Assembly: GCA_016906335.1 (NCBI GenBank)
Contig: JADEYG010000001.1
Span: 372,001-436,000, forward strand
Length of the DNA: 64,000 bases
Reading direction: 5' to 3'
DNA from: Novakomyces olei
Taxonomy: Eukaryota
The translations under genes were made by a program, and so were the position numbers. Numbering within the stretch: the stretch's first letter is position 1; each line of letters begins with the position of its first letter. The notes beneath the pieces were generated by a model, which did not search any database, had not been told where the DNA came from, and saw only the letters and a list, made by a program, of their open reading frames with translations. Positions 1 through 16,173 of the stretch are shown piece after piece.

Positions 1-836
1 ACATACAATTGGCACTTCACTTTCATCATTAGCTCGGTAGGCAGAAACGGGAGAAATTAATATTAATATTTTCCTGTCTTTGGACATCACTGATAAAATA
101 GAGGTTTATGCTATTTTAAAATCTGTGGTTAGTTAGGGTTAAACTGGCTGGGGTTAAGGTTGTGGCAATGACGTTTACGCCCGTATAGTATGGGACTACG
201 GCTAATGGGAATTTTATACACTATTCCGACAAGTAATTCGAACGCGACTTTGGAGTAAGCAGTCAACGTCCCGCCAAGGCCTTGATCAGTAAGAAAACCC
301 TGAATTATCCTTAAATTTCGAAAACCCTAAAACACGTGATTCGGCCTTACTAAGAGATGGAGCGTTTAGCCATAAACCGGATTAAGACCTGAATCATACG
401 GTGTTCGAGACTTTGAGACACAAAGCCGTTTAGACTCGTTAAAGAAGTGCGAGACAAAAGCACGTATTCACTGGCGCCAGGCCACTATAAAATCGAGATC
501 GATACTTCAGGCAGAAAGGAGTAGGCGGGTATTTAAACAGCCGGATCGAAAAGGGTTAAATGACCTGAGAGGCTATGGTCAACTAGCTTTACGTGTGCTG
601 ATCCTGCAACAAGTCTCGTAAGCAGCGGGCTTCCACATCAAGCTTCCCTTTCTTTGAGACAGCTGGAAAGAAAGGGAAGCAGAGAAACGAGAGTGCCACC
701 TTCTCGAGAGGAAGTGACTCATTGAACTTGGGAGCAAACGGCCAAGAATTAGAGCAAATCAAACCGCAAAATCGAATAGCAAACAAGGAGCAAAGGCAAC
801 AAGAAACATTCAAAGCACAAACCTCATCACTTCAAG

Positions 837-2336
837 ATGAAAACACTTGCATTGCTATTTGCTTCTGCCCTATGTCTCTCTGCACAGCAAGTCTCCGCTC
901 AGTCTTCTTCTACAATACATCCTTCGTCGTCTTCGACTGCTAGCGCCGCACCGTCTTCAACTACTACAGCAAGCGGACACGGAGGCGGTGGAGGAGGCGT
1001 TTCCTCTTCGCCTCTGCTATTCTTTGTGGCATTAGGCTTTGGAGTCCTCTTTACAAATCTGTGGATCGTTGTTGGGATCAAGTATTGCTTCCGCTACAAT
1101 GCACGAAGGCAGCGGATCCTTAACGGTACTATAACAGAAGCAGAATTAGCTCAGATGGGCGGTGGCAATGGGTCCCGTCGTCGAAGGGAAAAGAAGCTTA
1201 TGACGATTGAAGACGTAAATGAACGGTTCCCTATTTTAAAGTACAAGCAGTGGAGATCTGAGCGTGAAGCAGCCGGCTTACCCAGCCAGGGCGGATTCGA
1301 CCCTCAGCAGTCTCTATCACGTGCAGCCAGTATAAAATCGCGTCTAGAACAAGACGAAGGGCAAAACGCGCCGGCTGGATCTGGCCAGTATCCAGAGGAG
1401 TTACGCAATAGTGACTATAATGCAGAGACGCAAGAGCAGTCGACAGCCTATTCCAGTAATGATGAAAAGCTTGAAAAGACCCCCGTGATTCGACAAGTTT
1501 CGGCGGCAGGAACAGATATTTCTAGTGTCCAGGATAGGGAACCCGAGAGGCTTGGCAATGGTATTGAGATTGGCAGCAATAACATACATAATACAAGCAA
1601 TATCAATAGTGACGGATCTGGCCTTGTTGAGTGTATCAAGACGAAAGGAGAAACTAAACAAACCGGGACTGACGACGCTGATTCTAAAGCAGCCGCTGCA
1701 ACTTCTACAATAATAGTACCAAATTCAGCAACTGCAGTCAATACAATCGCAGAAGAAGAAGTAAAAGAGCAAGCTGACGAGGAAAGAAACTCTTTAAGCG
1801 CAGATATCGTCTCTGGCGACACTTGTGCCATTTGCATCGATGTTCTTGAGGATGACGATGACGTACGTGCCCTAACTTGCAGTCACGTGTTCCATGCCTC
1901 GTGCATTGATCCCTGGCTCACGAGTCGAAGGGCTATTTGCCCGCTTTGCAAGGCTGATTATTATGTCGGCGGCAATTTTGATCATGACGATCATGAACAC
2001 GGCGAGTTTTTGGCCGTGCCTCCTCCTGTTTTTGCCAGGTTTGGACGATTAAGAGAGTTTTTTCTGCCTACAAGTAGTATCGTAGCGTTTAACGCTTTGG
2101 GAGGCGGAACAGATTCTACTGCTCAGGCGGAAGGCAATAATCGTGTTTCCCAACAGCCTAATAGAGCGGTTGATCCGGCCGGAAATAATAGTCACAGAAG
2201 TCGATGGGCTAGGTTGAGGCCCTGGAGATTGGGCCAGAGTAATGCTGCGGACGTTGAAATGAGTGCAAACTCTCCACAAGATTCGGGCCAGCCTGTTGAT
2301 CACAATCGGTCTGTACATACGGCAATGCATGTCTAG
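837..2336 (+). CDS. Membrane-anchored RING-H2 E3 ubiquitin ligase (ATL/RNF-like)
   Basis: 499-aa ORF with a signal peptide (MKTLALLFASALCLSA), a Ser/Thr-rich ectodomain, one TM helix (LLFFVALGFGVLFTNLWIVVGI) and a C-terminal RING-H2 (CAIC...CSHVFHASC...CPLC). Confidence 0.88.
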   Translation: MKTLALLFASALCLSAQQVSAQSSSTIHPSSSSTASAAPSSTTTASGHGGGGGGVSSSPLLFFVALGFGVLFTNLWIVVGIKYCFRYNARRQRILNGTITEAELAQMGGGNGSRRRREKKLMTIEDVNERFPILKYKQWRSEREAAGLPSQGGFDPQQSLSRAASIKSRLEQDEGQNAPAGSGQYPEELRNSDYNAETQEQSTAYSSNDEKLEKTPVIRQVSAAGTDISSVQDREPERLGNGIEIGSNNIHNTSNINSDGSGLVECIKTKGETKQTGTDDADSKAAAATSTIIVPNSATAVNTIAEEEVKEQADEERNSLSADIVSGDTCAICIDVLEDDDDVRALTCSHVFHASCIDPWLTSRRAICPLCKADYYVGGNFDHDDHEHGEFLAVPPPVFARFGRLREFFLPTSSIVAFNALGGGTDSTAQAEGNNRVSQQPNRAVDPAGNNSHRSRWARLRPWRLGQSNAADVEMSANSPQDSGQPVDHNRSVHTAMHV

Positions 2337-2771
2337 TCAGTGCTAGTGTGATTTGCGCCTGTTTTTTTTTAATGATTATTACTGTTATTATTATGCTATT
2401 CTACTGTTATTGGTTTGCCACAATTGTACAATTTTATACATATGGGTTTGTATTGAGCCTCTTCAGTGTGGATTTGGAGACTCTGACGACGGTTCGGTTT
2501 TCGTTTTGTAGGTTCTAGTTAGTTCAACGATACATTTGCTGGAATATACTTGGAATTGTGCGGAGTCCTTTCACGTAATATGTATTCGCGTAGTATTATA
2601 ATATATAAAAAGTGAACTTTGTGTCATTTTTAGACTTGAATAATCCGCTTCATTCGTTGCATCGTACCGTCTTTATTCTGTTATATTATTTGAGTCTAAA
2701 ATGTTGCAGACATGTATTTCATCTCTTACTTGACAAGTATATTCCAAGTATGCCTTTGCATCTTCATACAG

Positions 2772-5865
<3,094 letters not shown>

Positions 5866-5947
5866 CGTCAATTGCCGGGAGCGAGTAATGCTTGAAATTA
5901 ATATCCATCGTACATTATTCAGTTTATTCAGCGAGTAGTGAGAACTT

Positions 5948-5965
5948 AACCCTAAATAACCCTAA
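5948..5965. promoter_or_regulatory. Telobox-like dimer AACCCTAAATAACCCTAA upstream of ORC3
   Basis: Two AACCCTAA units at 10-bp spacing, about 85-100 bp upstream of the ORC3 ATG; near-identical copies at 23395, 26150 and 58972. Confidence 0.55.
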
Positions 5966-6433
5966 TAATCTAAGAATTCATATAATATACTGTTGTAATT
6001 TTTGGCTACTTTGGGTTAATAAAAAATTAGTCTAATTATTATTTTACTCATCATGACGCTCAAAAAATGCACGTCAACATCATTGTCACGCACACGTGCA
6101 AATATGCATGTTAAATGCGCCTACCTTTCGCTAATAGCAAACAAAACAAATTCAAGACGAAAGGTAAAAAAAGAGCAAGAAAAAGCCCACTTGGTAGCTA
6201 ATAATACGTATTTAAAACATTGAATATATAAATATCTTTGATTGATATTTAAACGACTTCTAATAAACAACATATATTTTAGTAAACAGAGCTTTAAATG
6301 TTCCTTCATTATCGTCCACAGGGTATATTATAAAATGAATAAAATACAATAAAATAAAATAACAGAAGAGAAGAGAAGTGTAGAAGTGAACCGCGAATAT
6401 AAACAAGCAAAAGTCAATTCACCCGTTCAAATG

Positions 6434-8869
6434 CTACCGCGCAGGAGCATCAACCCGCTCAGTAAAGTACTTTGACATATTCTTATCCAGTTCCATGCGC
6501 ACACTTTCCGCGGAAAAAGAAGCATCTCTTCCCGCTTGAGACCTCTGTCCTCCATGAACAGGCCTTTGCTTCTCCTCTCTGTCACGCAAATTGCCACCGC
6601 CGTTACCATTATTCCCTGATCCTCCTGCTCCGGACGCTTGACGTGCAGGCGGCATTTCAGAGCGACGAGACCCTAGACTCTGATGCCGACGTTCTCTGAC
6701 GGGCTCGTATCCGCCAGAATCACGATTGTAATTCTGTGCCATTTGTACTCGATTGATCAGATCAAGATAAGAATACATGAAATTGCTCAGTAATACTTGC
6801 TGACACAGAGGCCTTCGCGGATTCGCCAGTTTTAAATGTGATAATCTGTAAATTGCCCTCTCGATGTGTAAGGGGTACCGATTCCAATACGAGGCTTTCA
6901 CAGCAGCAGTAGCCGGTCTGTCAGTCTCGCCAGGTCTGTTCGTCGGAGCTAAAACACCCAATACTTCAGGTGACCGTGCAGAAGCGTACCTTTGGATATC
7001 TGAGCGAGTAGCTTTTGCGTCGTTCATAGCTACTGAAACTGCTACTTTTTTAGACGCCGATTGCTGATTTTTAGCTGCTGCTGCTGAAGAAGAGTGATTA
7101 GTTGAAGTGTTGCTTCCACTAAATATTCCCAAAGAAGAAGAAGATTTCTTTCGAGAAGAGAAAAGAGAAGATAAAAGACCAGAATCTTTTTCCTTCTTAT
7201 GAGACCGAGCTGGGATTTGTCCGAGGTAATCGTCGTCTTTCATTGGTCTTTGCATGTCTGTAACTGAAGCAGATGTATCACTTTCAGCCTTGCTTGCCCT
7301 CGACAGATTATGGTCAGGAGACTCGTATACTTTACGGTGCTCATTTGCCTTTTGATTCTCCTTTTCGAAGAGTCGGTTCCATTTCTTAACAGCACTTCCT
7401 CCCGACAAGTGACGTTCTTGCGCTCTCCCACCAGGTCTTTGAGCTTGTTCATTTGCAGCAGAGGCAACTGGAATCGAGGCGTCTACTGGACGTGACTTTA
7501 GTGGAGAGTGCTGAGCACTTTGCTTGTAACCATACGTCTCTATCCCTGACGATTCTCGTCTCATTGGCGGCCTTTTAACCAACTGATTTGGAGGTCTAGG
7601 CTCTGTGCTTTGATAAAGACAACTTTCCATTGCTCCTTCTTGTTCTTTCGTCTCACGCTTCTGTAACTTTGTTTGGTCATAATTCACAAACTCTTTGGGC
7701 TCTTTGCTTTCCGCTAATCCTACACTGTAATTTGAATGAGCACCGTCGACAAAAGATTCCTCCTTGTCTTGCAGAGTTTCATTTAAATGGCTTTGGTGTG
7801 GTCCTTGAACTTGATCTTTTTCCTCACTTTTAACTTTCTCCGCCGGCTGTTGCACAGTGCCTTGAAGATGGTCAGCAAAGGGCTCTTCTTCCTTGCCTGT
7901 TTTGTGCAGCCTTTCCTGGTGCTGTTTAACCGCCTCAACTGCCGCCTTTGCCGATTCTTGGACAGACTGGCCAGAGTTCGTCCGGCCTACTTTCCGACTC
8001 AACTGTTTTGCCCTTCGGAGCGTAGTATGGCCTGACCTTCTTAATCCATTGGTCTCTAATTCTGCAGCCGTGGCAGGAGTCGGAGCTTCTACTGAAGGAT
8101 TGTTGATCGACACTCCTCCAGCTTCATCAGTTCGGGAAGAGGTTCGAGACAGATGAGAACCGGACTTACCATCCTCGTCCTTCTCCACTGACCTTTTCAG
8201 TAGTGAGGGCCGGCGAGAGAGGGAAGATCTTCTTCGCTGTACATTATTTAATGCCGCCAAAACCTGGTTGGCCCCCACTAATCCTCCAGGGCCCGCCAGC
8301 TCTTCGCCGCTGGCGCCTATTCCAGCAGCCGCTTCAGTCATATGCTGCCTTACATAATCCTCCCACTGAGCGGTCGGGGCCAATTCGGGGTGTGCATTGG
8401 CCGGGACCCAGAGCATATTGGCCACTTTATTGAACAAATCTTCGTCGTCCTCGGCTCCGGTCTCTGAGGTCCCAGCGGCACTCAGCGAAGGCATTTCCGG
8501 AGGCATTTCGGGGTCCGCAGTCTCACTGGACTCCATTGATAGACGGCGCAGTTTGTTGAGAGACCTAAGCTCGTTCATCACTCCATTATGAGTGAGCTCA
8601 GGCGTATCTGAACTCAGTGGTAAGCCACCATCGAGTTCCTTTGCAGAACTGATATTATTGATATTGTTTACTATATTATCGGAATCGTGGTCGGAAACCG
8701 CGGCAACATAAGCTAAAGCAGAGGCGGTCTGGTCGTTGTTCAGTGACGAAAGCGCGAGAGCGTCAGACGCATCGTCCGCTGAGTACGTGTCGTACGCGTA
8801 AAGAGAGCCGATTGATTCGGTTATATGAGCCAGATCACGCCGGTGACGCTCTGAAGCAGTTTCCGCCAT
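6434..8869 (-). CDS. ZDS1: Zds1-family PP2A-Cdc55 regulator (Zds_C domain)
   Basis: 811-aa ORF with the N-terminal motif LWVPANAHPELAP and the C-terminal Zds_C signature RYPLHIERAIYRLSHLKLANPRRPLCQQVLLSNFMYSYLDLI. Confidence 0.92.
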   Translation of the reverse strand: MAETASERHRRDLAHITESIGSLYAYDTYSADDASDALALSSLNNDQTASALAYVAAVSDHDSDNIVNNINNISSAKELDGGLPLSSDTPELTHNGVMNELRSLNKLRRLSMESSETADPEMPPEMPSLSAAGTSETGAEDDEDLFNKVANMLWVPANAHPELAPTAQWEDYVRQHMTEAAAGIGASGEELAGPGGLVGANQVLAALNNVQRRRSSLSRRPSLLKRSVEKDEDGKSGSHLSRTSSRTDEAGGVSINNPSVEAPTPATAAELETNGLRRSGHTTLRRAKQLSRKVGRTNSGQSVQESAKAAVEAVKQHQERLHKTGKEEEPFADHLQGTVQQPAEKVKSEEKDQVQGPHQSHLNETLQDKEESFVDGAHSNYSVGLAESKEPKEFVNYDQTKLQKRETKEQEGAMESCLYQSTEPRPPNQLVKRPPMRRESSGIETYGYKQSAQHSPLKSRPVDASIPVASAANEQAQRPGGRAQERHLSGGSAVKKWNRLFEKENQKANEHRKVYESPDHNLSRASKAESDTSASVTDMQRPMKDDDYLGQIPARSHKKEKDSGLLSSLFSSRKKSSSSLGIFSGSNTSTNHSSSAAAAKNQQSASKKVAVSVAMNDAKATRSDIQRYASARSPEVLGVLAPTNRPGETDRPATAAVKASYWNRYPLHIERAIYRLSHLKLANPRRPLCQQVLLSNFMYSYLDLINRVQMAQNYNRDSGGYEPVRERRHQSLGSRRSEMPPARQASGAGGSGNNGNGGGNLRDREEKQRPVHGGQRSQAGRDASFSAESVRMELDKNMSKYFTERVDAPAR

Positions 8870-9795
8870 TTCGGTTGCTTTAGTTGATTGATCAATGAAT
8901 CAAAAAGACAGATTTTTTCAGATTATTCCCTCTATCGGCCGCGGCTAGCAGGAGACGCTGACGTTTTATTCAGACACGCATCCCTATATTGTTGCAAAAA
9001 AGACCGTCAAGAGTTGATTTTCTTCTTCTGTAACCAAAGGCGGTACGAAAAGAGGTAATGAAGGAAGTGTAAAGACGACAGCAAGCGTTAAGCTTGTCGT
9101 CAAAAGAATAATGTACAAATCAAGAACAGCAAGACTGTTTGTAAAGCTGCAGTCGCGGTTACTGATCAAGGATAGAGATATAGAATATATCCTGCAGAGA
9201 CAGCCCAGAAGAATAGCGTACAAGGCAATGGCAATTAAATACCAGTGAAAAATATATAGGCTTGAGCAGCGAAGCCTGGAGTACGCGCAATCACGACCGA
9301 TTCAACAAAGAGTCCGCAATATCTAGGTTTAATAGGGAAAAAGCTCCCGTGTCTGTGATTGTCCGGAAGGCGACGTCCAAAAATTTAGTACTCCAATCCA
9401 ACAAATGCTAACCAAACTGCCACGTAAATTTAGCAATAATTCGTGCCAGAGAAACCCCGACCGACGAGAATAAGAACACAATAATAATTTAGTTAAAGAC
9501 GCGTCGTTGCCTTAGTCGTTGCAGAATCGCGTTACTGCTAGTTGCGAATTTTAAGACGCGGTTTGGAGGACAGAGTCAATTTGACGCGGATTTTAAGGGC
9601 AATGGTTTTGCGCTATATATGCGAGATTTGCACGCGCGCGTAAACCGACTGCAAACCTGCTCTTATCCCGGTGATGGAAAAAAGGACGTAGCGAGATTGT
9701 TTAGAACGTGTAGAACACCCTGCTCAAGACCGGAGGATTGGTTAATTACTATGGGAGTATTATACGCCAACTATCCTGATCTAAATATTACTAGG

Positions 9796-9796
<1 letters not shown>

Positions 9797-9861
<65 letters not shown>
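9797..9861. repeat. (ATT)n microsatellite, about 21 copies
   Basis: Direct read; intergenic, immediately after a CTAGGGTT motif. Confidence 0.95.
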
Positions 9862-10086
9862 TGGACAAAATGTCAGTGCCATTCACGTACTGCAAGCGTC
9901 TCTGGCATAGATATCCAAATTTAAGGCAAAGTAATATTTCTAAACCGCTTTAATAACTATATACATTTCGCACAAAACCGAACTTTTGGCCAATCGCCAT
10001 ACTAGAATGCTTTTTCAGACATATACCTGCTTAATATCGAATATACGTAAACACACTTCTTCGCGCCATTAATAGTCATGAGTACG

Positions 10087-12566
10087 TCAAACAAAGATCT
10101 CTAAACTAGCAAAAACGCCATTCGTGCAAATACAAGAGGCCATTTCGTGCAGCAGGTCACTAGTAGTCTGTGCAGTAGATGGGGAGCCGTCACTTCCACA
10201 AACAACGGATGAAGCGCTCGCAGAGACTGGCGATAGTGGGAGTAACGATGATCCATTCGGCCTTTGCTGTTGTTGATACTTGTAATCGCTAGACTGCCTG
10301 TATTCTGTAGGAGCAAGTATTTGCCGAGCCAGTAGAGCAGCTTCAGCTAAATGCGATAAAGAACCGCCTTCGTCCAGCCTCCCCTGCACTAAGGCACTAA
10401 AACGACGCTGCCAACTGCCTCCCATAATGTTACTTGTCAATTTGCTCTCAATGTTACTTGTAACAGGAGGAGTACAGTAATCGGCCAGGCTCTTTAACCC
10501 CGCACGCGCTCCACTCTCTGTCTCGGGGATTCGAGCTAAAACGAGCAGCACTAACGCTGCAAGTGCTATATAATGATGGCTGAAAAGCGGCTGGTGAGGG
10601 CTTTGCAGAGTAGTGTGTATAGTGCGCAAGGAGGCACCCAACAAAGCAAAAGGATCACGGACCGTAATCGCGTCATAGAGCAGGCAGAAATGCCGTAGCG
10701 GGCTCTCTGCTTCATTAGTGACATCATTGGAATTATGCATTTGATCGAACGAGCGACGCATTGTTGCAAACGCGTGTACGCGTCCATCATTCTCGCCCGT
10801 GTTTGCTGAGTGTAAGCAAGCATCAATTACGGGTCCCGTTGCCATGGCAACGCGCAGTACATGATACGCTAAAGGCCCGAGCAGTCTTTCATCGCCTGGT
10901 ACCACGATTGAAGCAGAAGCTAAAGCAGAATTGGGAATAAATAAGGGCGACATTGTAGAGCTTGCGTGAAATCTATCCACAAGGGCACAGAGCAGCCAGG
11001 CTCTACGTGCTACTTGCTGTTCCTCTTCAAATCCGTCATAGTTTGGCTGTTTTCCAGTCAATTTTTCTGTGCAATCTGCTTCATTTATTGGCTCCCCAGA
11101 GTCAGTAAAATTTTTGTGTCGCGTCAAATAAAGGCGCAGACTGTTGGCATAGGCGACAGCAATGCTGAGCCAGTGTCCTGTTGATGAGCAGCAGGAGTCA
11201 GAAGTAACACCAGAATGATCAGTAAAGACGGCCATTAATAAAAGGCATAGTAGTCTAACTACTTGCGCAGTTGGAGTCAATGTACAGTTTAAAGAGGAAG
11301 CAAGCATCATTGCTTGCTGGCACTTTTGTAGGGTCTGTAAATTTGTGTCCATCCGGCCCTGCGTATACTGAGCAAGGCCATCAAGAGCATGGAAGGCCGT
11401 TGTTTGGTACGCCTCTGGAGCTTGAGAGAGCATTTGCAGGAACTGCTGCTCGTTGTGAGGTAAAAGGGGGAAAAGGGGATGTAAATGGGTATAGTAGGAG
11501 TAGAGTACAGAGTCAGTATGCTCTTTGCTGAAGGGTGAGGTTATTGTAGGATCTGGTGGGGGCGATCGCACAAAATTAAAACTTTTGATGGGTGGGAGAA
11601 CAAGCTTCTCGCGTGCCGGTTTTACCTCCAAACTGCCGGCAAAGGCATTAGCACGGAACGAGGAAAATGCTGGCCAACTAGGATCGAGTTTGTGAGGGAT
11701 TGAATTTCGATGTTGTTTGATGCTGTTGCTGTTACTGTTACCGTTGGGCTTTAGCTGACGCATATTTTGATTGGTGTCTAACGCTGGCGGTAAAAGAACA
11801 AACTCGGGCATATCCGATGGTGTATTTGGAGCATTGTGAAGAGATAACCTGGAGGAACTAGTTAGACTCCGATCGAAAATTTGAATGCTACAAATTTCAA
11901 GTGAAAATAAATGAGCATTCTATTTGGTATATACCTTTTTACCGGCCCTCGTTTTTGGGGCAAACGAGCAAAGATACAGTCAACGCCTAATCGTACACAC
12001 CGAGTGCATTTAGATCCAGGTGCAGCGTCACAACGGACCTGTATGTCAGTATGTTTGAAGCAGAGAAGAACAGAATAAACAGAAATAAAAATATTGAAAA
12101 AATATTGAAAAAATATTGAAAAAAAGAAAGAAAAAAATAACAAAGATATGATAAAAGAGAATAAAAAAAGAAAAAAGAAAAAGAAAAAGAAAAAGGGAAA
12201 CCATGACCAATGGCTTTGCAGTCGAGCTTAAAGACAATAAGTCAAATACAAACTGAATCTTCAGGTCTGGAATTTGGTAGCAAAGCCAGTCCGTGTCTGA
12301 AATAATAATAGAACGATAGAAGTGAAGATAGCCGTAAAGCTTGCTCATAAAAGCAAAGCACAAAACAGAATTAAAGGACAAAGTGAATCGAAAACTCGTA
12401 CCTTCTTGCTGCGACAATAATCACACGCGCGCGAAGATTTGTGGCGTTTCCGGTCTAAAAATTCCCCGTCTCTTTCTTCCGAAGTCATCACGTGAACGGA
12501 CGAACTCGTAACAAGACTGTTTTCAGTACCGGTTTGATGTGAGAAAGACTCCGTTAACGTCGTCAT
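10087..12566 (-). CDS. Zn(II)2Cys6 transcription factor, Rgt1-like (3 exons)
   Basis: Exons 12566-12402, 12038-11935 and about 11857-10087 join to SRACDYCRSKK|VRCDAAPGSKCTRCVRLGVDCIFARLPQKRGP, followed by a fungal TF middle region (YYTHLHPLFPLLP, RRAWLLCALVDRF). The RxPxKRGP tail resembles the Rgt1 family. Confidence 0.85.
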
Positions 12567-13666
12567 CAGCTATTTGAAATATTGACTTTGGTTTTTCTGA
12601 AAGTTCCTTTCCACAAATACTCTTCCTCTGCGTGGATCCCGGCCACGTTAGTTTCTAGAATATTTTATGGGAAAAACGAAGAGGAAAGCGTCGGAACGGG
12701 ATTCGTCCTTGTTCAAAGTTTTTTGGCTCTAGATCAACACGCATGCATGGGTAAGCGGGAAAAGCGATCCGAAAGGGAAATAAGACCGAACAGTGGGGAA
12801 ATTTACACCTTCTAAAATGAAAATATGGGATCGTGGGGAACTCCAAAAACGGTTATAAAGTAATTTTATGGGAGAGCAATAGCCGAGGGTCTGTACGAAT
12901 TAAGCCCATACCAGTAAGATATTGCGAGCTGTAACGCTATACTTTTTTAGTTTCCCTAGGTTTTGTCTGAATTTACGCGATGTTCTGCTAGCCGACGCAT
13001 AAGCACTTTGAGGTTAAATAGTATTCGTACCAACTTGTAGCACTTGATTAACAAATTGGGTCAAATTAATAACAGCGCACCCTGTGTGTATGTAAAACGA
13101 TTTGTACATGTGTTTATTATTATTGGTCCTAGCATGACCATAGTAGTTCACATGCAATGTATAAATGCTATTGAATTTAATTTTTCGAGTATCAGCGCTA
13201 CTACATGCTTTTCGAATATCGGGCGTCAATGAGTATAGCTTGTTTTAAACGCCTATTGAATGCATTGAATTTTAATTATTTCTACTCAGAAATTTTGTAA
13301 AACACTAGGGTTATGTGAGTAATATAAACAGACCTGACATTGATGACATTTGTACAGACAGGGTCATAATTTGATTGCCAATCGATAGACAGAGACACTA
13401 GCGTGTCTTGTCCATCGATTATTATATTTCGGATATTCGCGTCGCTAGCGTATTACGGCTTTTCTTTCTCTCTTACGAGTTTTATTAATCATTACTTGCT
13501 GATTGATTGGTGGTATCTCGCTCGTAGAATCTTACGCTGAGCGCTCAACCTGTATTAATTATTATGTATGGTAAATAAAATTAATATAAGGATTATCTAA
13601 ATCGACTACCCTTGCCGCCAAGATTACGTGCCGAAGCCGAAGATCCTCTTTGACATTGCAATTAGA

Positions 13667-13746
13667 ATGAAAATTATATAGAATGAAAATTATATAGCAT
13701 GAAAATTATATAGCATGAAAATTATATAGCATGATATTTTGTATAG
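13667..13746. repeat. 16-bp tandem repeat ATGAAAATTATATAG(A/C), 4 copies plus 1 degenerate
   Basis: Direct read; ends about 85 bp upstream of the copper-fist gene ATG (13829). Confidence 0.9.
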
Positions 13747-13828
13747 TTTAAGATTAGAGATGTTAAAACAATAGTGTCGCCTAATCTCTAAAAAGCCTGA
13801 TCGCGCCTCGCTCGAGCATTGGCCCTCC

Positions 13829-15312
13829 ATGGTCCTCTACAATGGAGCCAACTATGCGTGGTACGAATGAAAATTTGGAAATTGAAATTGACCTTTATAG
13901 CGAGACCTGTATTCGGGGCCACCGGGCGGCTAAATGCGCCCATCAGCAGCGAGTGTTGTACCTCCTCCGGCGCAAGGGCCGGCCGACCCGGTATATACCA
14001 TCTTTACCTTTTCACCGTTCGCTTTTCGCTCATCGTCATTGTATTATATGCTCAAACGTCAAGCTGCTTTTTCAAGAGGAAGATTGCCGACCCATGATCT
14101 ACGTTATCCTTCTTTGATCCTTTTTTGTCGTTTCAATATGCCTATCTACCTGTTCTAAGTTTGATCAATTTATTATGCTGTTTCTACTTCAATCCCTGTC
14201 TGTGTGCTCTTTCTGCATGCTCAAGAGCAGACATATCTTGCTAATTCTTCCAATTGCATCCTAATAAAGTCAGGGCCGACGTGGATCTACCAGTACCGTC
14301 TACCATCAAATTACACAAGCAAATCGTATTCCAAAACTGGCACCCTTGTAACGCATCTTCACACCGCTCTTGCGGCTGTTCACGTGGGGTCGTCCCTTCT
14401 GCTACTGCAAAAGCCAAATCTGAGGGCAGTGATCTATTGGATGACCAGAAAATCAATGCCGGCGATAGCGGCTATTCCAGTCAAAATCAGACTTCGTGCT
14501 GTTCAAAGCCTAAAAGGTCGTCGTCTTTGGAACAATATGCTACTTTACAAGAATCGAATGAGTCTTTGAAAAGGGTACATAAATCTTTACAATGTTATTT
14601 GCAACCTGCAACGGAATCGTATCCTTCTCAGGACATTTGTCCTTCACAAAAATGCCATTCTGATAAAGCGTTATCTCCTACTCAACAAATATCCCCGCCT
14701 CAACAGACACATTACTCTCAGTACTTAAACTTGTCTCGCAAGTTTAACCCTATTTTACAAAGAGCAGATTCTTGCTGTGGCGATTCAGAGGCAGATTCCA
14801 GTGTCTGGTCTTTTGTACCTGCCAGTGAGTCTTTTGTGGAGGAAAAATTAGAGCCGATAGAGGATCCTTCCTTTCTTATTGACACAAATGAATCACCACT
14901 TTCACTGGATCAAATACGTTCTTCCCTTGAACAAAACAATGTGCCTCGCGCAGATATGTTGGCCATGTATGGAGTTCAACGTGATGCATGTGCAGATCAA
15001 ACATTTGATTGCTGCTGTGGTGACGAATGCCAGTGTGTTGGATGTGCCACACATAATAATAACACGGCTACAGTACAGGCCACGATCCTTGCTCAGCTGG
15101 AAAATATGGCTCAGGCTCCATTAGACGCTACTGAATGGTGTGATTTAGCCAGTGAATGGATGAAACAACCGGCTCCCGAGCCGATTGGTCTCGCTGCAGC
15201 AAATGGAACAGGCATTGTATTGCCGTCGAATATAATATATCCGGATCAAAAGGTGGATACAGAGTTTATGGATACAAAATTAGAGGATACCAAATTAGAC
15301 GGTCGGTTTTGA
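13829..15312 (+). CDS. Copper-fist copper-sensing transcription factor (Mac1/Cuf1-like), 3 exons
   Basis: Exons 13829-13860, 13901-13990 and 14274-15312 give MVLYNGANYAC|ETCIRGHRAAKCAHQQRVLYLLRRKGRPTR|ADV...; C-terminal Cys-rich copper-sensing motif CCCGDECQCVGCATHNNNTAT like that of Cuf1/Mac1. Confidence 0.88.
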
Positions 15313-16173
15313 ATAAGCTCAAGTACACTAGCCTGGCCAGCTTATTCAAAAATTGAAAATTTGGCACGCTTGCCTTCCATTTACAGTTCACGCACGGGTG
15401 TTTTGGGTTTGGTTTAGAATTTCAAAATAATACTAGGAGTAAAGTAGAAAAATTATGAATGGTTTTATATATTTATAAACAAGTTTACATAATAGGGCCC
15501 AATAATCATTATAGAACGATTCGTGATAGCAATAGTCGCCAGGTATTTAAGGCTCATTCCGGCATGGAAATCAACGATGCTTGCCTGTTCAGATAGTGCT
15601 GCGTTTAACGTCTTTATAAACGATGCAGCTCTGATTTTTTTTTTAATTTATATACAATTTCCTACAAATAACGCCGTTTAAATGGAGATACTTGTAATCT
15701 TCCGACTCCGTACCTGTGAGTGCGATACCCAATTAACATTACAAGCAGCAATTATTTGAGCCTTTTCATTTTTCCGCTATTTGCTTCTCATAATTTGATT
15801 AAATTATCCAATAAAATTATCTAATAATTAAATTGTCCAGTATTCGTTTATGGATTTCCGTTGCCTAATACTGAATTACCCCACATTGCCCTTGTTTCAG
15901 CTATGGCACTTCGGGCCGAGTTGCGTCACTCTTGCGGGCGGGCTAAAGTCCCGATACAGTTTTGTCGTTTGGCGACGACTGATCCGGAGATTGAGGAGAA
16001 GTAAAGTCAGAGCAAAGGCCAATGTGTGCTATTTGATAGCAGGCTCCTTGAAACAGAGCAGCAATCATAAAATACAGCAGGGTGATTGAGCAATTGTCGG
16101 CTTTGGCAAAAAAGAGCCCTTTCTCTCTGGTATAGCAGTCAAAATAACAATCAATTAAAATCATCCTGTCAAA

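Noticed and set aside
9619-9924. 101-aa ORF with poly-Ile
   Set aside because: Produced by the (ATT)n microsatellite; no recognisable domain.
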